A DNA stretch of 62,802 bases, filler included, from Rhabdomonas costata (lineage: Eukaryota), in assembly GCA_019059605.1 (NCBI GenBank). It is 27 parts of 27 records of this genome, joined end to end, with 100 filler letters (N's around TTAATTAATTAA, not from the genome) between each part and the next. Parts side by side here need not be neighbours in the genome. Positions count along the whole stretch, not along the records: positions 34,973 to 37,198 come from JAHMHO010004696.1; positions 37,299 to 39,527 come from JAHMHO010004697.1; positions 39,628 to 41,856 come from JAHMHO010004698.1; positions 41,957 to 44,185 come from JAHMHO010004699.1; positions 44,286 to 46,513 come from JAHMHO010004700.1; 22 more parts are not named here. The stretch is one strand, 5' to 3'. Both the position numbers and the translations under genes were made by a program. The notes under the pieces are model-generated. The model ran no database searches and had not been told where the DNA came from. It saw only the letters and a program-made list of their open reading frames with translations. Each line of letters starts with the position of its first letter. The first letter of the stretch is position 1. Shown here one piece after another: positions 35,538-46,613 of this stretch.

Positions 35538-37039
35538 ATACATTCCCTGGGACCACCCCTCCGTCGTGAAGGTTTGAAAGATAGTCAGCCAGGCAATCAC
35601 AATGTTATCGAAGCTCACCGTGCCGCCCTGCGGGGCGACCTTCAGGTCCACACACGTCAAGTTCGCCGCCACACTGTCGCACTGGAACCCCACCGAGGTG
35701 TCTGTGCTGCAGGTGTGGTCCCCGTCGTTGCCCCACCAGAAGCCCGTGAACTGCTGCCCCGCCACGGGGTCAAAGCAGCGGTACCCAAACTTCCCGCCCC
35801 AGATCTCTACGCCGAGGATCCCGAAGAACAGGAAGTACAGCCCGAACAGCACCAAGACGTCCCGGAGGTCTCGCAGGGACTTCCAGCTGGCCTCCATGAT
35901 GCGCTGGGTGGACTCCAGATAACGCACCTGAGGGTCATTAAGCAGGGCGCAGGGACTGTGATGTTTCCTCTCCCCCTCTTCTTTCTTTTTTCCGTTTTTG
36001 TTTACCGCGTTCGTTTTTTTAAGTTCACCTTTGGATGGCAGCATTCTGTTTTTCTTGGGGGAGGGGGGTATATGGCCCCTATCCTCTAAAAGTAAGAGGT
36101 GGCAGCGGAAGATCCAACACACGAGCACAACCGATTGGCAGTGGAACCCAGTTTTTTCACAACCCGCTTTAAGTTCGAAGTCTGAAAGCGCCTCATTTAC
36201 AGCCGTGCCTCGAAATCAGGAGACTTCCGCCCAACAATAGGAGACTTCGACAACCGCTTTCCCTTCTGTTTGAGTCTCTTAATTTCCGGGCGCGGCTGTA
36301 GTACAAATCTTTTCTGAGCTGCGACTTTTTGAGGTGGTCAACAGGCAATAGATAATATATGGGGGTTTGTTGTGCATTTTCGGTCCCGTGTTCGTTCCTT
36401 CCCTTCTACCGTACTTAAGGCGTGTCGGTCTTGTGGCTATGGTGGTACCCCTGCGTGGGTTCTTCGGCTGCTTAGGGTTGGAGTATCGGCATCGGTGTGT
36501 TGAGGTGGCTCTTTCAAAACAGAAAAAACCTCACAGAAAAACTCGAAAAGAAAGTCGGCCGCGACGAGGACACAGGTTCTCATCACTAAGCAGGACAACA
36601 CGGCTCCGATCTGGAACAATGGCAACAGGCCGTCAAGAGAGAGAAAGAAACCCTAAACATAGTAGCGCACCTTAGGGAGGTACTTGATCCCCACCAGCAG
36701 CCGGATGCTGCTGAAGTTGTCCACCCCGGGCACCCACGACAGCACGCACAGGCAGGTGATCAGGAAGCTGAACACCTGCCACGGGTCTGTGAAGAACGCC
36801 CGTGGGCCCCACACTAGCAGCTGCAGCACCAGGTCCAGCAGCCAGAACGCCGTGAAGCCGGGCTCGCTGTCCACGACAAACTGCTCCATGCCTGTCAAGG
36901 GCTGCACCCCGCTGTAGAAGGAGAGCAGCGCAGCGTTCACGAGGATCACCCCAAACACGAAGAAGTCGTAGTGCCGGGAGAGCACGACCCGAGAGAGCTG
37001 CTGGTGGAGCCGTCCCAGAAGGGTGTCCGGCTCCTTGAC
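35538..37039 (-). CDS. Cav/Nav-type cation channel alpha subunit, one S1-S5+pore repeat (two exons)
   Basis: Exon 36671-37039 has S1 FVFGVILVNAALL, S2 EPGFTAFWLLDL and S3 FFTDPWQVFSF. Exon ~35538-35927 has S5 FFGILGVEIWGGKFGYRC, a Cys-rich loop and SFDNIVIAWLTIFQTFTTEGW, a repeat-I-like pore. Confidence 0.92.
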
Positions 37040-37924
37040 CTTAAGAAGGAGGAGCAAGGGGCAATGAGATAGGCCTATCACGAATCAAAATTTACTCAAA
37101 AAAAGCATCTGTGTCGTTACTTTCATCTCCCTGTCCCCAGAAAAGTCAATGTTGAGATAGGCCCACGGTATTTGCGCAGTTTTTGCCGCAACAATGACNN
37201 NNNNNNNNNNNNNNNNNNNNNNNNNNNNNNNNNNNNNNNNNNTTAATTAATTAANNNNNNNNNNNNNNNNNNNNNNNNNNNNNNNNNNNNNNNNNNNNTG
37301 TGGGTGTTTCCAGAGCCTGGAGACGAATGCAGGACTGCTAACCAAAAAGGCACGGAAGGATCGCTTCCATCTGACGTCATGTGATGAAATGGAGCGTCAG
37401 CAGCGCATCATAAAAAGTTAGAGTAAAAATCTTACGGGCACAGAAGCAGAACACAAACCCCAGAAGGGCGCACTGAAAGCAACCGTTATTTAGATTTCAC
37501 GTGATCACGTGATCAAGAACGTGATCAGGAAGCAAACAACCACGCACAGAAGCCACGAAGAGGAATTTTCAATAAGGAAGCCAGTACTGTAAAGAGGCGC
37601 AGAAAAGCCCAAACAAACAGACCCAACCAGACCCAAACCGAAAACGACAAATGGCGAGCAAATGAAAGCCAGATGAAGAACCCATCAATTGCATCGAAGG
37701 AGGGGGAGGGGAGATAAAAAGAAATCAGAATTTCTTCTTGAGGCCTACGGGTATTGCACCTGGAGCTCTGTTGAACGACGCACATCCATTGGGAAGTAAC
37801 CCGAAGTGAGCAACATCAAGGACAAAATGCAGAAAAAACCTTCACAGGAGTGTTGGAGTGATAATTCCACGTGTCATTATGGGGGTGTGGACTAGAAAAG
37901 GGCATGTGGCGGTCAAGAGCTCAC

Positions 37925-39223
37925 CTGCGAGGCGGAATCGGTGGGGTCGGGTTTCTTCTCGTCAGAGTGCTCCTCGGGGCGCTTCTCTTCAACAACCGGC
38001 ATGAGCTCCAAATAGAACTCCGCAATGAAGCTGTGGAAGGGCATGACCGAACAAGGCTAGAAGGTAGGGACCAACTCTCGTATCTTGGGAATTCCGAAAA
38101 TCGGACCCCCACGGAATATCCTCGTTCCTACGTTTCTTCGCGAGGGTGGGTCAATGTCAGAGTTGAGGATTGCGCAGATTGCCAAGGAAGTCGTGCTGAG
38201 GGTAAAAAAACGCACGGATTTAAACCTTATGTACAAGTGGTTTTGGGGACCTGGCGGATGTACACAAGTGTGCACAGGGCATTGGAGGGGGAGGGCACAA
38301 CTTGTCCAGGAAGGGCGAGTTCTCCAACTTCATCGCTTGCGCCGAATTGCGGTCCTCCAGAAACTCAACCTTGTGGCGGAGCTGCTCACCCATCTTCTGG
38401 TATTGCTGCGTTTATAAATGGCCCAGACTCGCCTGACCCCGCCCACCCAAAAACCCACTTTTGCCTGTGTTTTTCGGAATTCTCTTCGAAACCACATCAG
38501 ATCCACTGACCTCCACTGATGTGGAAAAGAGGAACAAAAACGTTCCCATCTTGAAGCTCCTCACTCTCCTCCCTTGTTGGAAAGAGAAAAAATTCAGCAA
38601 GGCGCCTGCGCACGCCTCATCCTCACAAAAACGTATTAATCAGTGATGATTTGCACTTAATTCACAGGAGCAATGCTTTCGGAGGTAAGAGCTTCCCAGC
38701 AGATCACCAACTATGTCAGGCAAGACATCCCTCAGACATTCCTCAAGGCCTTTTTCGCGAATACGAACGAAACATTGCACGCCCATTCGATATGTTCGAA
38801 GAAGACGTCGAGGAAGAGGAGGAGAAGGAGGGGACCCTCTGCACTCACCTGCTTCAAGTCCTCCAGGGAGCCCACGGCCGAGTCCCGCTGGGAGGTTACC
38901 TCGACCAGCTCGCGGCCCTGCTTGCTGATCACCAACTGCAGGCGGTGGATTTCTGTCAAAAGCCTGATCCGTTCCTGTGAACCCCACGAGGGCCGGCCAC
39001 TCTCATCCCGCGAACAATTCCACAAAAGCTGCGGTATTGGAACCAGAAACGTTAAACAGGAAGGCCTGGGAATGGTTTTCAGCAGCTTTCCAACGAAAGC
39101 GTCAGGGCGTGGTGGAAGCTTTTGAACTTTCACGGCGCACCTTCCGCCACTCATCGGCAATCTGCTCCCGCTCTCGGTGCGATATCATGGGGGAACTGAA
39201 GTCGCGGTAGCCTTCCAGGTCCA
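37925..39223 (-). CDS. Hypothetical coiled-coil protein, four exons
   Basis: Four GT-AG exons join in phase: DLEGYRDF...ADEWRK|ERIRLLTEIHRLQ...LEDLKQ|QYQKMGEQLRHKVEFLE...LDN|FIAEFYLELMP...SASQ. Confidence 0.65.
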
Positions 39224-39627
39224 CTGAATTGCAATCACAAACAAATAATTTGCGAAACCTCCACTGCTCCTTGACATAAGTCATAAAAGTTGCGTATGCA
39301 CTTTTTTCCAAATAATCTTCCACCGATTAACGATTAACCCACCCCCCACCCCCAAAAATGCAGCGGCCTCCAATGTACGGAGAGAGTTGAATGGCAAAAT
39401 ATGGGAGGAAAGGGTGGCAAAAACACCACAAGTCCAAGGGAACCAAAGACCATGAATACCCTTTCGTCCGATATTTTCTACATTTCTTCTCGTCTGTTAA
39501 AATTTACTAGAAAAAAGCCACTGGAATNNNNNNNNNNNNNNNNNNNNNNNNNNNNNNNNNNNNNNNNNNNNTTAATTAATTAANNNNNNNNNNNNNNNNN
39601 NNNNNNNNNNNNNNNNNNNNNNNNNNN

Positions 39628-39805
39628 GGGTGTGGGTGTGTGGGTGTGGATGGGCACGGCGCACACCCTCACCCAAATTTCCGTCGTGTTGTCCAGCACA
39701 AAACAGCAGCACCGTGAACGCGCCAAAGAACCAACAGGTGTGCAGAACTAGCAGCACAAGGACACGCCACAGCACACCGCGCCAAGGCGCCCTGTGTGTG
39801 TGCCG
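39628..39805 (-). repeat. Dispersed repeat, segment B (second copy)
   Basis: Reverse-complement homology to 17140-17330. Confidence 0.85.
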
Positions 39806-40531
39806 CTTCTGCGCCTGGGCGTTGTTGCTTTTGGTTTGCCGCTTGTTAGGCCGTGGACCAGCACCTTCGGGACTGCCCCCATCAGACTCTGATTCACGGA
39901 GATTTTAAGGTGTCATTGTGTTTCGCCCCCGATTTGTTCGGGATCCAGATGTCTTTTCAGAGTGGTGGTTAATCTCGAGTTTGCACTGAACTGCGCGCGC
40001 AAGCGAAAACAAGAGTGCAAAAGGGGACGTCGTCAGTCACAATAAACCTGCACATGACACCAGCAGCTGAGTGCGTCATGAACAGTTGGTTTCTGTCCCC
40101 TGTCCACGCGCAAGATCTTGATTGCTTGTTTTACAAATTCTCATTCCAGTTTTCCCTTGCTATTATAGTTCTAAGTTTAGTGTATTTTCCTCCCTGCTGG
40201 TCATGCGCCACAGGTGCTCGAGCGAGCACTCTGGGCAATGTTACTTTAATTATGTCGCATGCTATGGTTGATTTCAATACTTGCTCTCTGATGACTATTT
40301 AACGTTCTCTCCACCTCAGCCCACTCAGCATTGAGCGTCTTTTTTTTTTGAAGGGGCGAATGTGTAAATACGGAAGACCCCGAGCCTGCTTCGGCTTCGC
40401 TCTCAGCAATTAGTACTTTTTGCTGCACAAGGGCACGCGCTTTTCGTTTTTATATGTCGCTGAATCCCCCAACCAACATAGTTTCGGTCCAAGTGTGAAC
40501 TCCCGCTTCCGTTCTGAAAACCTTCACTCAG

Positions 40532-41175
40532 TGTGAGAACCTCCAGTTCAGCAAGGACGGCCGTTCTGTCGCTGCAGTGGACTTTCAGTACTGCGGCAAG
40601 GGTGTTCCATCAAAGGATCTTGCCTACCTGCTGCACACCAGTGTGGCCCGCGTCGTTCTGGCAAGGGAAGAGGAGCTGCTGGCAGAGTACCACACAAGCT
40701 TGCTTGAATATCTGGTTTGTCTCACTCCATCCGCGCTGAAAACAGCCCCCATCGCTTGTTTTGGCAACGTCAGAAGTGCTGTTCAAGCTAATCAGGTGGG
40801 GTTCCGTCCCCCACGTCGTTTTCTGGGAACGCGTGTATTCATGCTGTTGTGAATTGAAGAACCGGCCACGCCGCCCCCACTCCCACACACCTCAGTGCGC
40901 ACCATCCTCTTTGTGCTGGTTCTTGGCAGCGGCAGTTGGGGCATCCCGAGGAAGTGCCTCGGAACTTTCCCCTGAGTGCTTTGGCCGCGCAGTACCTGCT
41001 GGCTGTGTTGGACTTCTACCGCTTCCTCCTGGGTTGGGGCACATGGGGAACGGACTTGAGCCACACCCAGCGCCATGTCGAGGAAACCCTGCGCACCATG
41101 GACGGGGGCAAACCCTTGCCTTCAGAGCCCCAGGCTGCTCTCCTTGCAGTGCAGAGTGCCTTCCCGTGGACTTGA
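40532..41175 (+). CDS. APH/choline-kinase-like (EcKinase/DUF1679-type) phosphotransferase, last two exons
   Basis: Exons 40532-40714 and 40930-41175, phase 0: ENLQFS...AAVDFQYCGKG...KDLAYLL...EEELLAEYH...DFYRFLLGWG...*. The HGD motif would lie in the preceding exon. Confidence 0.85.
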
Positions 41176-42690
41176 GAGAAACATGTGTTGTACCAAGGAA
41201 TGGGACCTTCCGGACTCCATTTTAAGGCACTGACCGAGGAAGGGTTCCAAAGAACAATGAAGTCAGCCAATGCACAGACAATCCCTTCAGCTTGATAAAA
41301 GAGATGAAATTGCACTCCATTTGTTGGCTCGGGGGTTCCCTGTTGACGGGTTTTTTCTGTTTCTTCTTCTTTTTTTAGCCTTAGCAGTGTTCTGTCAGTC
41401 CAAGCTAAGTTGATTTTATCATGTTCCATTTCAAACAAAGTTACGCGTTACAACAAAACCGATTCCTTTTTCCTTTTTCTGATTCATCTATTAAAAGTGT
41501 AACTAATGTAACCACTGTAACCACTGTAACCACTGTAGCATCGGTGCTCGAGGAAAGCAGGAAAGCGATACCCGGCTTAAATTGCAAGACGCAGGATGAC
41601 GCATTGCCTGGAACGAAATTCCCGCAAAAAGTGGCTTTGGGTTCCCCCACGCTGTGGCAGCTTTCTTTGTCACCTTTTCTCTGTGATGTCATCTGTACGG
41701 ATAATCGCGAAGCCCAAAGCAGGCTCGGGGCTCCCGAAACGCTGACTGTAGTGAGGTGGGTTTTTTGTGGCCCTTCGCTCCCGCAACCGGGGCTTTTTTT
41801 GGCGGCTTTAGAATTCTCTTTTGCGCCGCTTCAACTGCAAGTAAGGACACAACCACNNNNNNNNNNNNNNNNNNNNNNNNNNNNNNNNNNNNNNNNNNNN
41901 TTAATTAATTAANNNNNNNNNNNNNNNNNNNNNNNNNNNNNNNNNNNNNNNNNNNNATGGGGTTGTTTGAGCTCTCTTTGCCCCATGCCAAATCACACCT
42001 TATGCCTGGAATTAAGACGAGTTCAGAGAGCCGCCATCGTTAGAAACCCATACCAACAACACAACATTTCTGGAAGACTACCACATCGGTTGCCATCCGC
42101 ACACTCCACTTCACATGAGGCATCCCTTATCTGGTGAAGCAGCGTTCCAACCTGCCCTCTTTCTGAAAGAAAAAACAGTCGCTTCAACACTGCGCTTTCC
42201 CAAAACGCCTCCACGAGAATTTCCTTGCATGTCCTTGAAATAAAATAAAAGCAATAATGACAGAGATACCTAATAGCGACAAATGCGAAGGGTGGATAGC
42301 AACCGAAGCAAAGAAAAAAAACAGAAAAGAAGCAAGCGGTGGCCAAGGGGCACCGCTCAGCAAAAGTGCTTCTTCGCTCAAGCAACGAAAGGCAGGAGGC
42401 AAACCAAACTAACCATTCCAAGGCGGGAAGGAGAGGGAGGCAGAGAGAGAGATTGTGGAGGGGAAGCGGCAAAACGAGAGTGGGGGCGGTATCCACAACC
42501 GATATTTATTTAACCGATATTTTCGTTTCCAGTGAAGATAGTCATCGGTATACCACACACGAAAAAAGGGGTAGGGTCTGTCAGCCCATGGGGGCCTCTG
42601 CTGAGGATATAGAAGACGATTCTCTTTCGCTTGGCTTGCTCCCATCACCCCCATCCCCACACGCTCACACACTTAGCGGCTAAGCAGCCC

Positions 42691-43908
42691 CTACGAGGGC
42701 CGCCCTGAGGCCACCCCTCCTCCGCCACCGCCGTAGTAGTACGCAGAGCGTAGCGGCACCGCGGCGGGGCTCCGGGCCATCAATACAGCCCCCTCCATCC
42801 CCTTCCCCAGCTCCGGCGCTGCCCCGGAAGAAAAGGCCGAGCGCTGCGGCTGCAGCGGCTTCTCACTTGAAGGCTCGCCCTGTGCGGCAGAATGCGAGGG
42901 ACGTCGGTCTTTTTGCTGGTATTCCAGCAAACCAACTTCGTCTGATGCCGAAATTCTGGAAAACAAAGTGCGGCGGTCGAAAGCCTCAAATGCGAAAATA
43001 AGAAAGGGGCCATATTCCAACGACTCAACCCGCCTTCTAACAGTGTGGTGTTGCCTCTCACTACAACGGACAAAGGCAAAAAAAATCCAATCACGCAGAG
43101 GGAGAAAAAAAAGGGGGGCGGGGAGGCCGAAATCAGAAGACACTACAAAAGCAAACCCAACGAGAAGCACACTTACCGATGAGGAAGACCACCCCTGCCA
43201 GCCAGACGAACCCATCATCCCCTGCGAACAAATCGCCTTGCCCGAACTGCCCATCATCGGCCCCGGGGAGCCCATCGTGTTGCCCGAACTGCCCATCATC
43301 GGCCCCGGGGAGCCCATCGTGTTGCCCGAACTGCCCATCATCGGCCCCGGGGAGCCCATCTCGGTTCTTGGGGTGCACACCGCCATCCAGGCCGACCCTT
43401 GCGACCCATATCCCATCGTCGTTCCCATCTCCGGCCCGCTGGTGCCCCCGACGGAAGCGGAGCCCGGCATAGTGCCGATGTTTGCGGACTGCCTCGCCAT
43501 TACCGCCGAGCCCATCATGTTCCCTGAGGAGCTAAAGGTTGTCCCAATTGGAGACCCCATTGACATCCCAGACATCCCACCTCCCATCGTTGTCCCTGGG
43601 AACCCCGCCCACGTTCCCGAAGAACCTGTCGTTTGGCCTGGTCCACCGAAGGCCATCGTCATAGGCGAAGTCGTGGAGCCCATGAAGGAGGAACCCATGC
43701 TTGGGACATAATAAGGTGTGCTTCCCACGTAGCTCGTGAGGGCGGTGCCTTGGGCCTGCTGCAGGGGCCTGCCCCCAACCGCTGCCCGAAGGGTAGCAAA
43801 CGGATGAAGCAAGGTCCCCAGGAAGGTCCCAACAGCGGCCCTCCCAGTGGAACCGGACCCAGACATCGCACTTGTGGGATAGGGGGCACAGTTGGGATAG
43901 GTTGCCAT
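42691..43908 (-). CDS. Met/Gly/Ser-rich low-complexity protein, apparently complete
   Basis: ATG at 43908 and TAG at 42691. A likely 261-nt in-frame intron runs 43176 (GTAAGT) to 42916 (CAG). Contains MGSPGPMMGSSG repeats. Confidence 0.65.
   Translation of the reverse strand: MATYPNCAPYPTSAMSGSGSTGRAAVGTFLGTLLHPFATLRAAVGGRPLQQAQGTALTSYVGSTPYYVPSMGSSFMGSTTSPMTMAFGGPGQTTGSSGTWAGFPGTTMGGGMSGMSMGSPIGTTFSSSGNMMGSAVMARQSANIGTMPGSASVGGTSGPEMGTTMGYGSQGSAWMAVCTPRTEMGSPGPMMGSSGNTMGSPGPMMGSSGNTMGSPGPMMGSSGKAICSQGMMGSSGWQGWSSSSVSVLLVGFAFVVSSDFGLPAPLFFLPLRDWIFFAFVRCSERQHHTVRRRVESLEYGPFLIFAFEAFDRRTLFSRISASDEVGLLEYQQKDRRPSHSAAQGEPSSEKPLQPQRSAFSSGAAPELGKGMEGAVLMARSPAAVPLRSAYYYGGGGGGVASGRPS
43238..43360. repeat. 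42-bp coding tandem repeat, about 3 copies
   Basis: TTGCCCGAACTGCCCATCATCGGCCCCGGGGAGCCCATCGTG repeated; encodes MGSPGPMMGSSGNT on the minus strand. Confidence 0.95.
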
Positions 43909-44285
43909 ATTTCAGCCGGAAAAAAAGACTGTCGTCCAAATTGGAAACAGAAGCACCAGCCAAGCAGAGCGATGGAAATGCATCGTGCAACCCATTCATG
44001 CTGAGCTCATTCTCCCCTCCCATGAGAGGATGCAACTTGCCCACGCTCGGCAGGGGCAATGGGGTTGTTTGAGCTCTCTTTGCCCCATGCCAAATCACAC
44101 CTTATGCCTGGAATTAAGACGAGTTCAGAGAGCCGCCATCGTTAGAAACCCATACCAACAACACAACATTTCTGGAAGACTACCANNNNNNNNNNNNNNN
44201 NNNNNNNNNNNNNNNNNNNNNNNNNNNNNTTAATTAATTAANNNNNNNNNNNNNNNNNNNNNNNNNNNNNNNNNNNNNNNNNNNN

Positions 44286-45731
44286 TTTGGGGACCTCTTC
44301 GGAGCTCCATTGTCAACCTGCGAAGAAGGCTAACGGCAGCACGGAGCTTGCCTGCTCGCAACGTCAGCCCAAAGAGAGCGTTCCAATTTCCGGGTCACGT
44401 AAGGAAGATGGGGATGACAACCCTCCGTCCTCCTCGGGTGGACCTGTCCTCCGCAGTAGCAGTGGCAAGCAGCTTTGCATCACGGCCTTCTTTCGCAGCC
44501 CTAGCGGCACCACTATCAAAGTCACCGGAGCCTGTTTCCGGAGGGATGTGCTGCAGACCCCCTCCCCTGCCTTGGTAGCCTCTGCTGAGAAAGCTTTGGA
44601 ACCGAAGAAGAGGCTTCGAGACGACGACGAGGAGGAAGAGAAGGTGAAGGCGGAGCCCTTGCAGAAGCTGCTGGCTCGTCCACCGAGGTTGCGCGGGCGA
44701 GGTCCCCTTGAGCAGTCTCCACCGCTTGCAGTGAAAGGTCCGACGCCGTGGGCGGCGGACAAGGGCGCGGGACAAGTTCTGGTGATGCATTTGGGTACGT
44801 GTGTACTATTTGTGTGTGAGCTGTTTGTCATCTTTCATCTGTGTCCTCATACTCATGTTAACGTTCTGTATTAACTGCAGCGTGTTTTAAATTCTCCGGC
44901 GCGCACTGTTTGTAGAGGTCAGTCTGAGTCATCGTTGTTTAAAGAAACCTTTGGGAGGGGGTAATGTTGTTAACTAAACAAAGTAAGCAAAGGTCATGAT
45001 TATTTTATGGTGCGCCCTATCTGTAGCCCCCGCGACACGCGTCTCTCAAATCCTCACTCAGGGACACCTCCACATTCCTTTGACCTGCGCAAGGCCCAGT
45101 CTCCTGGTGGAATTTACCAGATCTCGATGCTTGGCAATGCCCATATGTTGTTCGTGTCACTTCGAAAAAGTCACAGCCTTGCTGCATCGCTGCATTTCTG
45201 ACATTTCAGGAATTTAAGTTTAAAAAGGGGCGGTGAAAAACATGCTTTCACCTGGGATTTTTTCGGCGTATCTTTTGTGTATCCACACCTACCTCATACT
45301 TTTGGTAAGGGTAAGGGCCTTCGTGGCAATAACGACCACCACCTCCATTCAGGTATCGCCACATCGCCATAACATCCGCAGCTCCTCTTTAGCTTTCTAT
45401 CTCTTCGACCCTGTTTCGGGTAGGGCTGCCCTCCTTGGTGCTGCTGTCATGGGGCAGCCCCCGCCTTCCCCCTGTGCGGTGTGGGGGCCACGTGTACCCC
45501 GTGGGGTACAGCGTGGCGCGGCGGCTGTGCAGCTTCACTGACCCGGATCGCCGGGTATGGTATCGGTGCTGGGTGGAGATGGATCCCGGTGCTGCTGCCT
45601 CGGAAACTAGCCACAGCTTGGACAGCAATGGCAAAGAGGAGCGGCCGCCACCCCGGGGGAGGTTCTGCGCACTGGCCGAGGACTGCCCCAAGGCAATCCA
45701 GGAGCTCAGTCCCAGCGCCGTGGCCATGAAA
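44286..45731 (+). CDS. FY-rich (FYRN/FYRC) domain protein with a PIP-box-like motif (partial)
   Basis: The exon ending 44794 (GTACGT, phase 1) joins 45424-45731: SLVLLSWG...HVYPVGYSVARRLCSFTDP...WYRCWV...RFCALAEDCP....SPSA, matching FYRN and the start of FYRC. QLCITAFF lies at ~44470-44493. Confidence 0.75.
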
Positions 45732-46300
45732 GTGTGTGGGCGCACAATTGTGTTCGACTCCCTCTCTCTGTGTGTTTGTGTTTTTATCATCTTATCACGC
45801 ACCTCGCGCATCCAGAACCTGACCCATCCTCCGATCTCAGATGCGAAGCATCGCACGAAAAGTCGACCACAACCCTACAGTTTCCTAAAACCAGACGAAG
45901 AGCATCCAAAGGGCAGGCGGAAATGATGCCTTGCTGATGATGACCCAGCCACTCCGCCTGGGGTTCGAAACGCGAGTCACTCCAGTAATGCATGAGATCA
46001 TTAAGCTGCACAGCTTAGAGTTTACCCCTTCCAACGCGTACACTCTCTGTATTTGAATGACCCCCCAAGGCCATAAAAGCCTGGGCTAGCTCAGAGGGTT
46101 AGAGTTTTGCCAAACTTCGGTGGAATGCGGCATTGAGGGCTTTCCTAGACCAGAGGGTGAGGAGCGGCCTGGAAGGCAGAAGGGGGAAGACCTCCACAAC
46201 CGCAATGCCTCGTGCACGCACCATGTTTGTGTGCTTGTATGCGCGCTAATGGGGAAGTATGTCCCAACCAATTGCGTGCAGTTTCTGTTGATGAACGAGC

Positions 46301-46513
46301 AAGCCTTCCACCAGAACTCGTCGGCTTCATGCATCCTCTGTTCAGCCCCCATAATAATACGCTCAACTCGTGTATAGCCTTCGCTGCTCATTATCCGAGA
46401 GATAACGCCTCCATTACTTTTTGTTATGCTAGACCTCCTGGTCATAAATACCACTGACTATGAAGAAGCCTTCCGCCAGAACTCGTCGGCTTCATGCATC
46501 CTCTGTTCAACCC
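46301..46513. repeat. Direct repeat with 165-nt period at contig end
   Basis: AAGCCTTCC.CCAGAACTCGTCGGCTTCATGCATCCTCTGTTCA occurs at 46301 and 46466. Confidence 0.85.
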
Positions 46514-46613
46514 NNNNNNNNNNNNNNNNNNNNNNNNNNNNNNNNNNNNNNNNNNNNTTAATTAATTAANNNNNNNNNNNNNNNNNNNNNNNNNNNNNNN
46601 NNNNNNNNNNNNN

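Larger units (their letters stand above)
41957..44185. repeat. Self-overlapping contig: 2102-bp circular or tandem unit
   Basis: 41957-42083 is identical to 44059-44185 (127 nt). Confidence 0.92.

Noticed and set aside
42968..43711. Pro/Ile/Val/Glu-rich plus-strand ORF as an articulin-like pellicle protein
   Set aside because: It lacks VPVP repeats and an ATG start, and is the expected antisense reading of ATG-GGN-rich codons; splice signals favour the minus strand.
45940..45990. GGTTCGAAA as a tRNA T-loop
   Set aside because: No cloverleaf stems can be formed around it.
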